A program made the translations under genes and the position numbers. 63,548 bases of DNA, from positions 59,210,453 through 59,274,000 of the forward strand of contig CM060732.1 in NCBI GenBank assembly GCA_030704615.1, read 5' to 3'. Of the stretch, positions 1-12,399 are shown piece after piece. Origin of the DNA: Takakia lepidozioides (Eukaryota > Plantae > Bryophyta). Numbering within the stretch: the first letter of the stretch is position 1; every line of letters begins with the position of its first letter. The notes under the pieces were generated by a model. It was not told where the DNA came from and did no database searches. It worked only from the letters and a program-made list of their open reading frames with translations.

Positions 1-174
1 GGAGCTAAGCAAGGTACAGCCAGCCTGCAAAATTGTGAAGGAACGATCAAACGATGAAGAGGGGAGCTTGCAAGAAACACCCTTCCTTCAACAATCTACA
101 AGCACAGAAACAACAAGAAAAACTCGGGTGACTACCTCGTCAGAATGGCCAGTTGAAGAGAACATGGGGGGTGA

Positions 175-1703
175 GTGTTCACCAAGACATTTTATTCTTC
201 AGACAGTGATGGGCCACATTGTTCCGAACAAGACATTTCTTCTTATAACAAGGATGATGAAGGGGACTGGGTGCCATGGAGCACACCCACCAAGGCCACT
301 CAGATGTCACTATTACGCGAAGCTGAAAGATGGGGGAAAAGGTCTCTCATCAGCTCTGACAATCATACAGTGGCTGTTAAGGAGGAAAGGCAACCTGATG
401 TACTTGATGATGTGGAAGTTATGCATCTCTTATGTTTTGGAGAAGTCAATGACTATCTGACAAAGGAGGAGAGCAAAAGAGCCAACAGGCGGGCAAGGCA
501 GTACTCCTATCTCAAGGGTGAGGTCTACTTTGAGGGAAGGGTAGTTCCACCAAGAACGGACAGAGAGGCAATAATCACTGAAGTGCATAAGGCCACGGGC
601 CATTTTGGAGTCCGAAGAACACAAGAGGAGATATGCCGACGGTATTTCTGCATGACAGAACAAAACTCATCAGGCAAGTACTCAAAGGCTGTGGCGAATG
701 TCAGATGGCTAAACAGAACGGAGTGTTGCGCTCAGGTAGCTCAAAACTGCACAGTATTCCAATAGTGGATCTGTTTTTCAGAGTTGCAATTGACACGGCA
801 GGACCATTACCTATAACCAGCAGGGGAAATCAGTACTTTCTAGTGGCAATAGATCACTTCTCAAAATGGATAGAGGCTGCACCAGTGGCAGATCATACAG
901 CAGCACTTACTGCCCGCTTTCTTGAGGAGGAAGTCATTAACAGGTATAGCTGCCCCCACACATTGCTCACTGACAATGGCACAGAGTGGGGAGGTGAGTT
1001 TGAAGATACGTGCCGCGAATATGGTATAAAAAGAGAGCATAGCGCTCCCTACTGGCCGCAGTGTAATGGTATGGTGGAAAGAGTGATTAAGTCACTCAAG
1101 CAGAGCATCACCACCTTGGGAGTTGGAAACGACACTGAGTGGGATCAGAACCTATACAAAGCCTTGTTTGGTTACAGAATGGGTATTCATGCTTCAACAG
1201 GATTCTCACCTTTTCAAGTGCTGACTGGTAGGATTCCAAGACTGGGGATCGATAACAGGTTGCACTTTCTCACAACAACAGTAAATCTTGATGGATCTGT
1301 TGCAGAGGTCACACTTATGATGCAAAAAAAAATCCAGCTCCTCTCAGAGATAAAAGCTAAGCTGCGAAAAAATGTGAAGAAAGCGCAGCATCAGCAGGCA
1401 AGAGATTATGCAAGGAAACATCAAACAGGGCACAGCTACTGCAGGTTGATGGAGAACAACAAGGTGATGATGATGAGGCCTGGGAAGAAGTCTTCCATGA
1501 CATCTCCATGGGAGGGACCCTATGACTTTTTGGGGTACAAAGATGCGGGAAACACCACAAGGACAGGGGAAGCTGCACGCAGATGCAGGCTAAGAGATGG
1601 GGCAAACAAAGAATGGGTAAGAAGTAGGAGGGACTTGAAACCCTCCATACCACCAGTGGGTGATCAGCCAGTGAAGGTGGTCAGTGAGGACCCTGACACT
1701 TAA
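175..1703 (+). mobile_element. Ty3/gypsy-type integrase (3' part of pol), one frameshift near 650
   Basis: HHCC zinc finger split across ORFs 175..765 (HKATGH) and 633..1703 (CGEC); catalytic core VAIDTAGP / LLTDNGTEW / NGMVER; GPY motif WEGPY; purine tract AAAAAAGGGGG at 1702-1712 overlapping the stop codon. Confidence 0.9.
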
Positions 1704-2789
1704 AAAAGGGGGACACACTACATATGTAGTGTGAATGCAGGGGAGTGACATTACATCTTTGTTTTACCGTTAAGACCTACATCACATAATAGGAGTGCCC
1801 GTTATCCCAACTACAGGAGGGATGTATCCCTGCATGCAGGTAATTTCATGGGCACACTGAGCTTATGCTTTGCCAGGAGAAAAAATGGCTAAGTCATGAC
1901 AGTGCGTATTTTCATCCATGCGATGAACGTTTTCATCACTGGTGCTTAACCTAAAATCACGGGTTGAGAAAAACAAAGAGGAAGATGACGGGTGACTCGT
2001 AGCAGCTGCTGCGAGCAGTGGTGTGTTGGCAGGGCAGCCTGTTGTTGGGAGGTTGTACCTACGCTGTGGGATTTTGCTTGGTTTAGGAAGCGGCATTAAG
2101 TGCCTCTGCTTGGTATTCTGTGTAAAGGGAAGCGGTGCCGCCTCTCTCGGAGTGATGATCAATTCCAGGAGATAGGAGCATGTAAGGAGAGCGGCGCACC
2201 ACCGCTGCCGCCATTGCCTTGAAGATGACAGTTATAGGCAGATGAGCAAGCAAGGAAAACGGCCAGCTGCTGGAAGCACAAGGAAGAGAGTCTGGGCACA
2301 ATCAATGGGGGGGATAAAACATGTGGAGTGCTGGCTGTATGGCATCACGTTCTCTGTCATCAAGCTTCTAGCTACTTTTGTGTCTTCTTGTTATAGGACC
2401 AGGTCGATTCGTAAGAAGGAATTGCATAGAGCAATTTAGTGGGCAAGCCACAGGATGTTCCAAGGGATGAAGAGGAGCCATCATGGCATGATAAAGACTG
2501 GAATCAAGACAAGGAGAAAAGGTTGAAGTGGCTGCTGACAGGCGATGGCGAGGTGCCACCTTGACAGGCAGACCCACCGCTTCACTAGAGGATAAAAACA
2601 GATAAATCTGTGGACTGTTGGCCTTTTTTTGTTGAAACTTAGAAATTGCTTTTGGTAGATTTAGGACTGCATCTTGGTAAGAGAAAAGGTGGAGACATGT
2701 GATAGAGGAAAAGATTTTTGGAAATGGAATGGAGACTCTGGACTTCAAACCAGAACATGGAAAGGATGGTGTTGTGGTGTTAGTAAGAG

Positions 2790-3470
2790 AAATGAGTGAA
2801 GAGAGAGAGAGAGAGATTGTTTGTCACTGAAATCAGAATGGTCACTGTTGTCTTCATTCTTGAATCTTGTTTCAGTGTTATAAACCTGCACACAATGCTG
2901 CCGTGGGTAGTGATGCACTGAAACCAATGTAAATCTAGCTTGTTTGCCTGGAGAGATCAAATGAGGGTTAGCTGGAACTGTTGAAAACATAGAAAGGATA
3001 AGGTGATCTAAGTATGGTGTCAGGATATGAACAATTGTGACACAGTTGAAGGGAAAAGAGGGATGTTGGGGTATTTGGTTGAAACCTGAAGAAGGGATGA
3101 GAGCTGTTTGGGCAATGGGTTCTTTGGAAAAAGGTAGTGTGAAGGGCTGAACATTGACAGAGAGAGAGAGAGAGAAACAGAGAAGAAAGGGACAAGAGGG
3201 AGAGAGGGAGAGAGAGACTGATGAAGAGGATGGTTGTGTCTTGAGAGACCGAGGATGACTTCAAGACTGGCTGCACTGGATGCTTGGCAGAGTGTGCATT
3301 TGCATTACATGATAGATGTGCTGCTGTGAAGAAGTGAGGAGCTGTAGACATAGACAGAGATAGAGAAACAGACGAAAAAGGGAAGAGAGAGAGAGAGAGA
3401 GAAAAGGGGATTTGGGAAATGAGAGAGCTGTTCAGCAAAAGGGCTGATGGGGGGATGGCCAATTTGGGGA
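2790..3470. repeat. GA-rich low-complexity / (GA)n microsatellite region
   Basis: multiple (GA)n runs, e.g. around 2800, 3160 and 3385-3400. Confidence 0.75.
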
Positions 3471-3552
3471 GATGAGATGAAGAAACCTGAACCCTGAATG
3501 AAATCAGTGCCTCTGCAGTTCAAGAAGACCTGAGCTGCCTTCTCCTAAATCT

Positions 3553-4617
3553 GTGTCACCATTACAAAAGGGGATTTCCGACGTGTCACTGCTCAAGGGG
3601 GCTTCACACAAAGGGTCCTGTTTACCGCTGCCATTGGGCTGCTTGCATCACAGAAAAGATCACGCCAACTGTTGGCGCCGTGATCATAGGGCCAGGCCAC
3701 GAAAGAAAGCACTTCCAACACCAATCCTGGAAAACACGAGTTTGTACTTGCGGCAATTCTGGAGCAGCCTTGGCATTATGTCTAATGAGAACTCGCTACT
3801 CTTTCAAAGTTCAGTGCAAGGATTCACATTTCTGATGCTCAATGGGAAGGAATATCGAGTTGGTGATTCAGTGGTTGTTGAGCCTGATGAGGCTTATGAA
3901 GGCCACTCATGGACATGGAAGGCAAAGATCACCCGATTCTTCATTCACGAATTCTATGGTGACAAGAGGGTTTTCTTCCAAGGTGAGTACTACAATATAG
4001 CAATGTCGTCGTCATCATCTGCTGTGGCTCTCAAGGACAGCCGTACTAGTATGGTTGTCTTGCAACCATGTCCACAGAGGTGGCCTGGTAATGACATCAG
4101 ACCCACGCACCTCCTAATGCACAAATTCATCCCACTCCCTATAGTAGTGCAAAATAGGGGGCATATTGTTGCATATGAGTTGGAGGATATTTCACCCCGG
4201 GAGCATCTGTGCCAACCAGGAATGCCCGGCCGCTGCCCTCCTTACCCCGAAACAGGGGATATAGTGATGGTCAGGAATAGTGGTTCCCAATCGTTCTCGG
4301 CGGCTGTGGTGAGGAGTGTGTCTGGACCCAGGTTCACAATAGTCTCTCCAGCTGAAGAAGAGAGTATGAGGAGAGAAATTGTAGCAGGGCCATTTGTGGA
4401 GCAGGATTATTTTGTTGGTGAGGTGGATTTAGGCATGCTGGAGGTTGTTGGCCGACGGACTGGCATCCTCAAGCGGTACAAGCCCTCTCGAATCATCAGC
4501 ACAAGATCTTGGCACTCTCTTGAAAGAGTGTTGCACAATGCCCAAGTTACACGTCGTCACAATGGGGAACCTATTGAGTGGGCATGGCGAGACAGTTTGG
4601 TTTGCACCAATAGGTGA
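3553..4617 (+). CDS. BAH-domain-like protein (likely ATG at 3778), intronless, probably TE-associated
   Basis: LNGKEYRVGDSVVVEPDE...WKAKITRFF...FFQGEYY resembles the BAH consensus; a second GDIVMV beta-barrel-like segment lies in the C-terminal half. Confidence 0.6.
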   Translation: MSPLQKGISDVSLLKGASHKGSCLPLPLGCLHHRKDHANCWRRDHRARPRKKALPTPILENTSLYLRQFWSSLGIMSNENSLLFQSSVQGFTFLMLNGKEYRVGDSVVVEPDEAYEGHSWTWKAKITRFFIHEFYGDKRVFFQGEYYNIAMSSSSSAVALKDSRTSMVVLQPCPQRWPGNDIRPTHLLMHKFIPLPIVVQNRGHIVAYELEDISPREHLCQPGMPGRCPPYPETGDIVMVRNSGSQSFSAAVVRSVSGPRFTIVSPAEEESMRREIVAGPFVEQDYFVGEVDLGMLEVVGRRTGILKRYKPSRIISTRSWHSLERVLHNAQVTRRHNGEPIEWAWRDSLVCTNR

Positions 4618-5250
4618 AAACAGGGTGCCAGTGTTTCTGCTGGTACATATATTCATGCTGAATACTGCAATGAATAATGGGCTCTGCTTTGTATATGCCT
4701 TATTGCTATGATAAGAGCACTTTGGATAGTACCGTCCCCAATTTTGATCAATAGCAGGAAGCAAAGGGGCGTCTTCTTGATATGGTGTGAAATTGGACAT
4801 CCATTTCAATTATTTCAAGCTTTTTGTTATTGTTTTCATCTTTCACTGTTTTCTGCCTTTACTTTCTACCGTGTGACCTTGGTGCAGTAAGGGAGGGGCC
4901 TACAGTAATAGTGGTCGAAACAACTTTATGCTCTTGATTATGATGTCAGTGCCAACCGTTCATCAACACCTAGTCCCTCCAACTACAATTTTATTAGCAA
5001 CAAATTACATTGAGTTTTCATACTCTGGTGGATCTTGTACCCACAAGCAGCTTAGTAAATGTGGGTGTCTGTGTAGCTCATGCTGTCAAGGATTTGTCAC
5101 AGCTACTACAAATAGGGAACCGCCAAGGAGCACATTTTTCCCTCCACACCTCTTAAGATTCTCAGCTGGTCGGGCCCCTATCAATTTATGTTTGTGTGAC
5201 TGGTGAATGGCATATGTAGATCAATGAGGATTGTGTGATGCACCAAGCAG

Positions 5251-6033
5251 ATATCAAGCAGGAAATGGCTTTCATGTGATTGCGGCACATACGGACAGCC
5301 CTTGTCCAAAGCTGAAGCCAGTGTCAGCTTCAACCAAAGCAGGTTTTTGAATGTGGGAGGTCAGACATATGGGGGTGGGTTGTGGTACACTTGGTTTGAT
5401 CGTGACCTCTTTGTGGTGGGGCGTGTCCTCTTTGAGAAAAGGAAAGGGTATTATGCACGAGCTTGTGAAGGTGGAGCATCCTATCCTGCACATCCCTACC
5501 TTGGCCATCCACCTTGACAGGTCCTTACTTTCCCAATCTCTCATTTTCACTCGTTACCTGTCACATCCCACTTGATTCAAACCAGTGCAAGATCTATGGT
5601 TGGAAGGCTTGGGCAAGCCAAGGTTAATTAGTTTCCCTTTAGATCTCATGTCCCACATGGAGGACATATCCATCTTAGGCCGAGAGCTTCAAAAGTTGTG
5701 CCAGAATAAACTCATTTCTTTTAGTACGACATTCAAGGCTAACCCTTAATCAACACTCAAGCAGCCTGCATTAAGATGATTATGGGGATATATTCATAAG
5801 TTGGAGGGTGAAACTGCATGACCAGCTCTCATATTTCTTGGTTGACCCATGATACAGGACTGTAAATACTGATGGGTTCAAGCCAAATTTGGAGACACAT
5901 TTAGCACCAGTATTGGCAACCAAAATCAAGTCCGAGTTGTCTGGCCACACTGAGGGTGGCAATGGTGCCCTTTACACATGAACAAGGCTCATCATTCACT
6001 TCTGCTGCAAGTTCCCCCCCCCCCCCCTCTCTC

Positions 6034-6081
<48 letters not shown>

Positions 6082-6860
6082 ACTACGGCAATCAACGTCT
6101 TATGAGTACATTCTCTCTCTCTCTTTTGACTGAGGGTGGGGAGTCTAACTTCGAACAAAAAAACAGATGCAGAGAGGAAAGGGAGATTGTCAATGTGCGG
6201 GCGGCCTTAAGACACTATCCATTTTCTGACACAATGTACAGGGTATTCTCATCAAAAAGCGACCGTCATCAGGCTATATTCAAGAACATAGTCCCTGCAC
6301 CTCTGTTCACCATCTTTCAAAATCTTGAGACTGAGCCTAAAGCCCTGACTCTGTTGGGGTCTAATTGATGGGCAGATCACACGCAGCAGCAGATTGATGA
6401 GGGCATTCTAGAGTGGAAAGCCTGAACAAATTGTTCATATCAAGGTAAGTCCCACTACTGGAGTGAAACCCTCACAAAGGTAGTGTTTGTTCCCTCTTGT
6501 TCCACCCAAACTGGGGCCACACGGCCACGACAAAGGCCATCTTATGAGTACATTCTATGTTTTACCCGCTTCTACTGCCCTCCAATTTTTGTGTCATTTC
6601 TAACACAGTGGCATTCATTCAGGTGCTAGCAGAACAACTGGATTGTGCCGAGGAGAGATTGTGGACTTTGAGTTAAATGTGTGTGACACACAACCAAGCT
6701 GCATTGGGGGTGCTCGCAAAGAGTTCATTTTTTCGGTCAGGCTTGATAATTTGCCATCATCCTTCTGTGCACTGCATGTCCTGTTAGATACTTGTGGGGA
6801 TACTGAATCCTTGGCTGATGAGAGTTGCATCCGTGCAGTTGCCCTGTTTGATAACAAGAG
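5251..6860 (+). pseudogene. DNPEP: aspartyl aminopeptidase (M18) gene fragment, 3 exons, frameshifted
   Basis: exon 5251-5520 [15 protein letters not shown]...[18 protein letters not shown]...[10 protein letters not shown]; exon 5858-6010 DGFKPNLETHLAPVLAT...HHSLLLQ; exon 6623-6860 EIVDFELNVCDTQPSCIGG...RLDNL...ALFDN; GT-AG boundaries. Confidence 0.9.
6014..6077. repeat. poly-C plus (CT)n microsatellite in an intron
   Basis: seen directly. Confidence 0.9.
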
Positions 6861-6920
6861 GTAACTCTAGTCAAAACGTTAGAGCAAACATATTTTTTGA
6901 GTATATTCTCTCCTCAAGCC

Positions 6921-7842
6921 TGTCGCGCGGCTTTTACTCACCCATCCCTTCGCTATCCGAGGCGGAAACTCCAAGATAGAAGAGTTGGGAATCTCTAAGC
7001 ACTCAGCCCACTCAGAACAATCAGTCATGACCTACAGCTAGTGTATCATGGGGTGTTTCCTATTTGTTTTCCTTCCCGCATTCATGTTAGCTAGTTACCC
7101 TTATTGGTAATTAAGTATCAGTTTGCTTCAGCAATCTATCGGATTCCATCAACTCATCCATTCATTCCACAGCTTCACTCAGATCTCTCTACACAGTGTG
7201 AGTATGAAGTATGTATCAGATTAATATCTATCAAGTATCAGGCTGAAGCCATGGAGTCTCTAATCTGCTCTACATTACAACTCTACTGCCTGCATTCATC
7301 AAGCATCAACAGATCGTCCTCCTCCTACTCCGTGCTCTCCCTCTTTCTGCTCAGAGATGCCTCTCTGCCTCATTTCCTCCCAGTGATGTCCGAAGTCCCC
7401 AAGAAGTGATCCTTTCCAGTCCTTGCTCCTGGCTTTATCTTCCTACCCGTTGTTCTAACCGTTTCCCTCACTAACCGTCATCTGTGAACTAACATGTTCC
7501 ATTCGCAAATGTTGTTCCCCACAGTCGTTCCCTGTCCTGCTATCCGTTCCCTATGGTCGTGACAGCTGTGACTGGCTGTGACGGCTGTGTCTGGCTGTCG
7601 GCTGTGTCGGACTGTGACGGGCTGTGTTGGACTGTGACGAACTGTGTCGGACTGTGACGGGCTGTGTTGGACTGTGACGATTGGCTGTGACGGGCTGTGT
7701 CAGACTGTGACGGGCTGTGTAACCCCCCCCTAAAGTGCGTTGCTGTCACCCCTAAGGCTCCTGTTGGTCTCAGTCTGTGCAAAAATTAAGGGTACCCCAC
7801 AGATCCCGTAAAAGTGCCTAAGTCCCAGACCGTCCTCTAACA
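6921..7842 (-). repeat. 3' LTR
   Basis: TGTCGCGCGG...CCTCTAACA, matches 19098-20010; adjacent PPT (minus strand GAGAGGGGAAGGGTAA at 7843-7858). Confidence 0.95.
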
Positions 7843-7879
7843 TTACCCTTCCCCTCTCAAAAAGCCGTGTCCTCACGGT

Positions 7880-10800
7880 TTACTGTTTGGGATTTGTAAC
7901 CCTTTGTGAGCGAGCACCCTTCTGACGATTAGAGTCTCGTGAAGGACTCCGTGTGCGAGCCCGTGTTCTGTCACTGGTTGAGGGAGATGATTGAACACTA
8001 CCTGGATATGTCAGTCCCTCTGGAGGCTGATATCGAGGTAATCTTTCAGGCATAGGAGACCCCCGTCTCTTCTTCTCTGCCATCTGAATTGCATAGTCCT
8101 CTGCCATGTCAAAAGAGTCCGCTGAAGAAACAGTTGTATCAGAATCCTCGTCCCCCTGAGGTGTTTTAACTGTCGAACTTTAACTGGAATTCTCTGGGGC
8201 ATACAATGTTGTCCCACCATGTCTGGAAGTTTAAATTGTAAAACTGTTGTAAGCGCTGAATTGCAAAATTGGTGAAGACCCTGAGCTCCTTGTCTGTCCA
8301 GGTGAGTGGTGTACCAATGACTTGTGAATTGTGCAAATATTTCCATGTCTCATGTCCCTTAAAGAAAATATCGTCAGGCCCGAATTTCTGTGTTGACAAA
8401 TTGTTCCAGGCCGCATGAAACCATGAACGAATCTGAGAATCCTTTTGCATCATAACTTTTGCCTCATATAGGTACATATGAGGTGGCACTGAAGGGAAGA
8501 CCCAATGATCCCCACTGGAATAATTCAGAAAGCGCGTTTGCATCTTCTGTTGCTCAATGTGATAACGTACCAGAAAACAAGCAGCGTAGTATAACCCGCA
8601 GCCCATGACAATACTTGCTATCTCTTTGGTCTTGGTATAAATGAATCCATGTACAACTTGGAAGACAATTAATTCCTTCAACATGGTACTTGCCTCATGC
8701 CAGTACTGCGCAAAGTGATGATCCTCAATTGGTCGATTGTTCGGAAGAACTTTAGTCCTAGTGGCCACTGGCAGCCAATGCGCATGATTTGATAGTAATG
8801 TGCCAATGACTGCGGAGGACTAAATTCTTTCCAAGCCAAATCCAACACAATGGGAATTTGGTTGAAGGGCATAATCATAGCCCGACTGTACTCCCTTGCA
8901 GCTGGAGTTTTAGGTGGGTTAAAAGCAGCATTCCCCCATACCTCAGGCTGTGGTGGCTGTGGTGTGGCTGTAGTAACAACAAGGTCAGCTACTGGCACAA
9001 TGACTTGTTGTGGTGTTGGTGGCACTGGCTCTTGTACCATTGGCATCTCCTGCACCCCCTGAAGAAGACTGAAAAGCCAAAGTTCTCGCTTGTAAATAAG
9101 AAGCCATTAGCTGTTCCTCAGGTATACAGACTCTTTTGTCGATATTTGAAGTGAGGTCCTCCACTTGAGTCTGCAGGCCGTCTACATCCTCCTGTAACTC
9201 TGCTATCCTACTATAGACATTGTCTATAGTAGTTGTGGCAATGTTCTGCACTTGCACTCTGAGCTCATTCATCTCGCTTTGGGTGAGCTTTCTTGGTGCT
9301 TTGCCCTCTATCGGCCCTTGTGTTAACCAGACCTGCATAAGGTGGTTATCCACCAAGTTGCTTGTGGCACCCCTTAGAGTTTCTCCTCTGTGAGCCTGTA
9401 CACATCTATCTGCTGCTGTAAAGCCTCCATGCGCTTCGCATGAGGTTCAACCAAACTCGCATAGGCAGCAGCTAGATTATTGGCTTCCTTCCAAGCCTTG
9501 TTAGCCACAGAGAGTTCATTTCTATTTACCATGAGCGTTGTTGCAACTCCAGGATGTACCTCTCTTGGTCAGCTTCAACCTGCCTGTATTGTTTGAAAGT
9601 ATTCTCATTGCGACAGATTGTATTCTTCATATCGACAATGAGTTTCAATTGCTCAACATTCTCTGTCTCTGCCTTTCGTACATCTTTCCGCTTGACTGTT
9701 TATTTCTATTGTAGCTTGGTCAAGCATAATTGTGAGTGTAGCGCATTGTATGGCCATCCTGTCATGCACTGTCTGCAACTCCGTATGTAGTGCATTCACT
9801 TCTTGCAACTTGCTTTCATGCTTCACTGCATTTGGTATAGCTGTTGCTTATGTGCTTCGTGCAACTGGTCTTGCGCGAGGCCTGCCTCAATCAATTGTTC
9901 CTTGGCCAATTGCAAAGCCGCTTCTGTACTCTCCAAGTCTTGCTGCATCTTGAGAGTGACCTCTTCATCGACCTTGTTTGCACACTCAGTGGCAAGTCGA
10001 GCCTCAAACTCCTTCCTGAGTTCCTCCCTCAAAGCTGCCAATTGGGTAGTTGGAACATGGGATTTGACATAAGTCCCCAACAAATTAAGTGTCCTGCTTA
10101 TGGAACTCATAAGCATGGCCTGTTGAGGGTCATCATGGTGAGCTTGCTGCTGTTCTCCCTGATCCTCAACAGTGTGATGCCTCACGAACCACTCAGGCCA
10201 TTGCCCCACCAGATTTTCTTCCTGAACCGCTTCATCCGTCACCGGTGCTGCAGTGTCTTGACATTCTACCTGTGGTACCTCCGTCACAGGTTTGTGTATT
10301 ATATGCACCGCAAGGTTTCCCCTGTACAACTGTTGCACCTCCGGAATCACTGTGTCCTTGACCAGACCAGAATATTCATAGAGAAGGTCCCCTTCTCAAT
10401 TTCTGCCACCACCTGTTCTGTAGTGGGAATGTCTAACCCTTCTTTCTCCAAATCAATTATTTCTGGTGGAACTGCATGGACAACTTGTGGTAACTTGTGA
10501 CAAGCCAATTATCTGGCTGTGATGGCTGTGATACTGAAGTAACTTCCTCTTCCCTCTCTGAAGGTCCTGCTTCCAATAATAGCAGTTCTCTATGCTGCTG
10601 TGTGCCCCTTCCTGTACAAGAGCTTGGGAAACATTATCATGCGGTTTCCGTGAAGCTAGTGGATCCGCCACTACAGTCTTTCCCCGCCTCTGTCTCTTAG
10701 TCTGGGGTTGCCCTGCCAGTCCACCCTCACTGTGTGAAGAGCCTTGCTCTTCCATTGCAGTGGTTTCAGTCTCAAACACTCCCATCTCCTTTCTTTCTCG

Positions 10801-11560
10801 AGCATCAAGTATGCCAGAATCAAGAATTATTTGAGCAATGATTGGGCCAGACACTAAATAGGAGACTTTGCGGCAGTGCCTGTAATCTTTTCATCTCCTC
10901 TATCAGTGCGTTGTACATTATGTCCGCCCATTCTACCTCTCTCCTCTCAGGGCTTTGAGTATTTCCTCTGTGAAGGATCTGCTCAAATACTGTTGGTTCT
11001 GTTTCATGGCAAACAGAACGTTCAATACCTGGCCTACCTCCCTTAGCCCTGGGTACACGGCCTTGGTACAAGCATAACCCTGAGTTTTAAAGAAACTCCC
11101 TTCTTGGAATAAGTCCCCTATTTGCAGTCTTGCCCTGTGCTCTCCACATGCACCTGACCTGCTGGCAATTGAAACAATTGCTGTAGGTATAGGGGAGTAA
11201 TTTCTAATTCAACTCCCTTCACCGTTTGTTGCTCCTGTCCTAGGCTCAAAGTTCTGCAAGAATTGTAACATGTACTGTCTATGGTGCAATGTCCAATCTT
11301 TGCTTTGCAATCCTTCCAATCGCAGCTCCTTCAGTAACTGTACCGCCTGTGGAGTAGCAATTGTTTGTTTTTGCAGGATTGTGGTGCTCTTCACCCTGAT
11401 TTCTTCCATTCCTCTCACTCTCTTCATTCTAGACCCACAGAAAGGTTTTGGCTGTAACAATTGAAGAAATGCCTGCAGGGCACAAAGCATAAACGTATGG
11501 TTGCCACAAAAAGCTATGGGTAATTTCTTGTAAGCCTGCGGGGCTTGCAAGCATCGATTA
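7880..11560 (-). other. extra 3' ORF region of the LTR element (between pol and PPT), fragmented, includes coiled-coil stretches
   Basis: sense-strand ORFs 11209..11550, 10820..11071, 10453..10854, 9823..10350, 8985..9356, 8678..9055 and 8166..8768 appear to form one or two long frameshifted coding units; function unknown. Confidence 0.65.
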
Positions 11561-12129
11561 AGAGAAAAATTCGCTCTGTTCTTCCGTCCCTATGCCACTG
11601 CGTAAGTAATATTGCGAGCGTATAGTTGTTAGTTCCTCCATAGCTTCAAAGCTATAGCATTGATGGTTTGTCCCGTCGAGACGCCCGTTACTTAGAACGA
11701 CGCCGACTCTTGCGCTTAAATTCCCTCCAATTTCTTGATTCCTTTTCTGGCTTTCGATTGGCTGTAACCGCTGTGACTGGATTTTAGATTTAATTTCTTT
11801 AGTGGACTTTCTCTGCTGGACTGTCCACTAGGATAACACATGTGACAAGAATTTCGTTTTTCTGTACTTGCCGTTTGTTCTGTTGCCCTTTTCCGTATTC
11901 ATTAATGGGCCCGCCATTCATCCGAATTGACGTGCTAAGTAGGTATTTTTTACGGCCATTCTTGTCCTCTTTCTTGATGACACCTGTTCTTGCACTTCCT
12001 TCTCAGCTGTGTGTTGCGCCCTGACTTCCACGTGTCCCTTTAAACTGGCTTCCGTCCTTTCTTCCGCCAGCCATTTCCCTGAAGTTATCCTGCGTCCACC
12101 AGTCACTGATTCTATGGATTGTGTAACCC

Positions 12130-12350
12130 TAGTAGGCTGTGTTGAGCTGTGACAGGCTGTGTCATACTGTGGTACGCTGTGATAGGCTGTGTTGTGGTAA
12201 GCTGTGATAGGCTGTGACACTGTACTGTGATAGGCTGTGTCGCGCCGTGCTGGGCTGTGATAGGCGTCACGTCTTGCTGGGTTGTGATAGGTGTGTTGTG
12301 GGCTGTGATAGGCTGTGTCACGCCGTGATGGGCTGTGATAGGCTGTGTCG
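12130..12350. repeat. GGCTGTGATA tandem array downstream of pol
   Basis: repeated ggctgtgata/ggctgtgt units; same CTGTG core as the LTR arrays. Confidence 0.85.
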
Positions 12351-12399
12351 CTTTGTTCTGCCCGCCCTGGTCATATATGCTCGGCTTAGCGACAAGTGC

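Noticed and set aside
2968-3462. 164-aa SL-rich ORF
   Set aside because: Translation of (CT)n microsatellites.
7104-7409. ORF repeated at 19284..19640
   Set aside because: Lies within the LTRs on the antisense strand; repeated only because the LTRs are.
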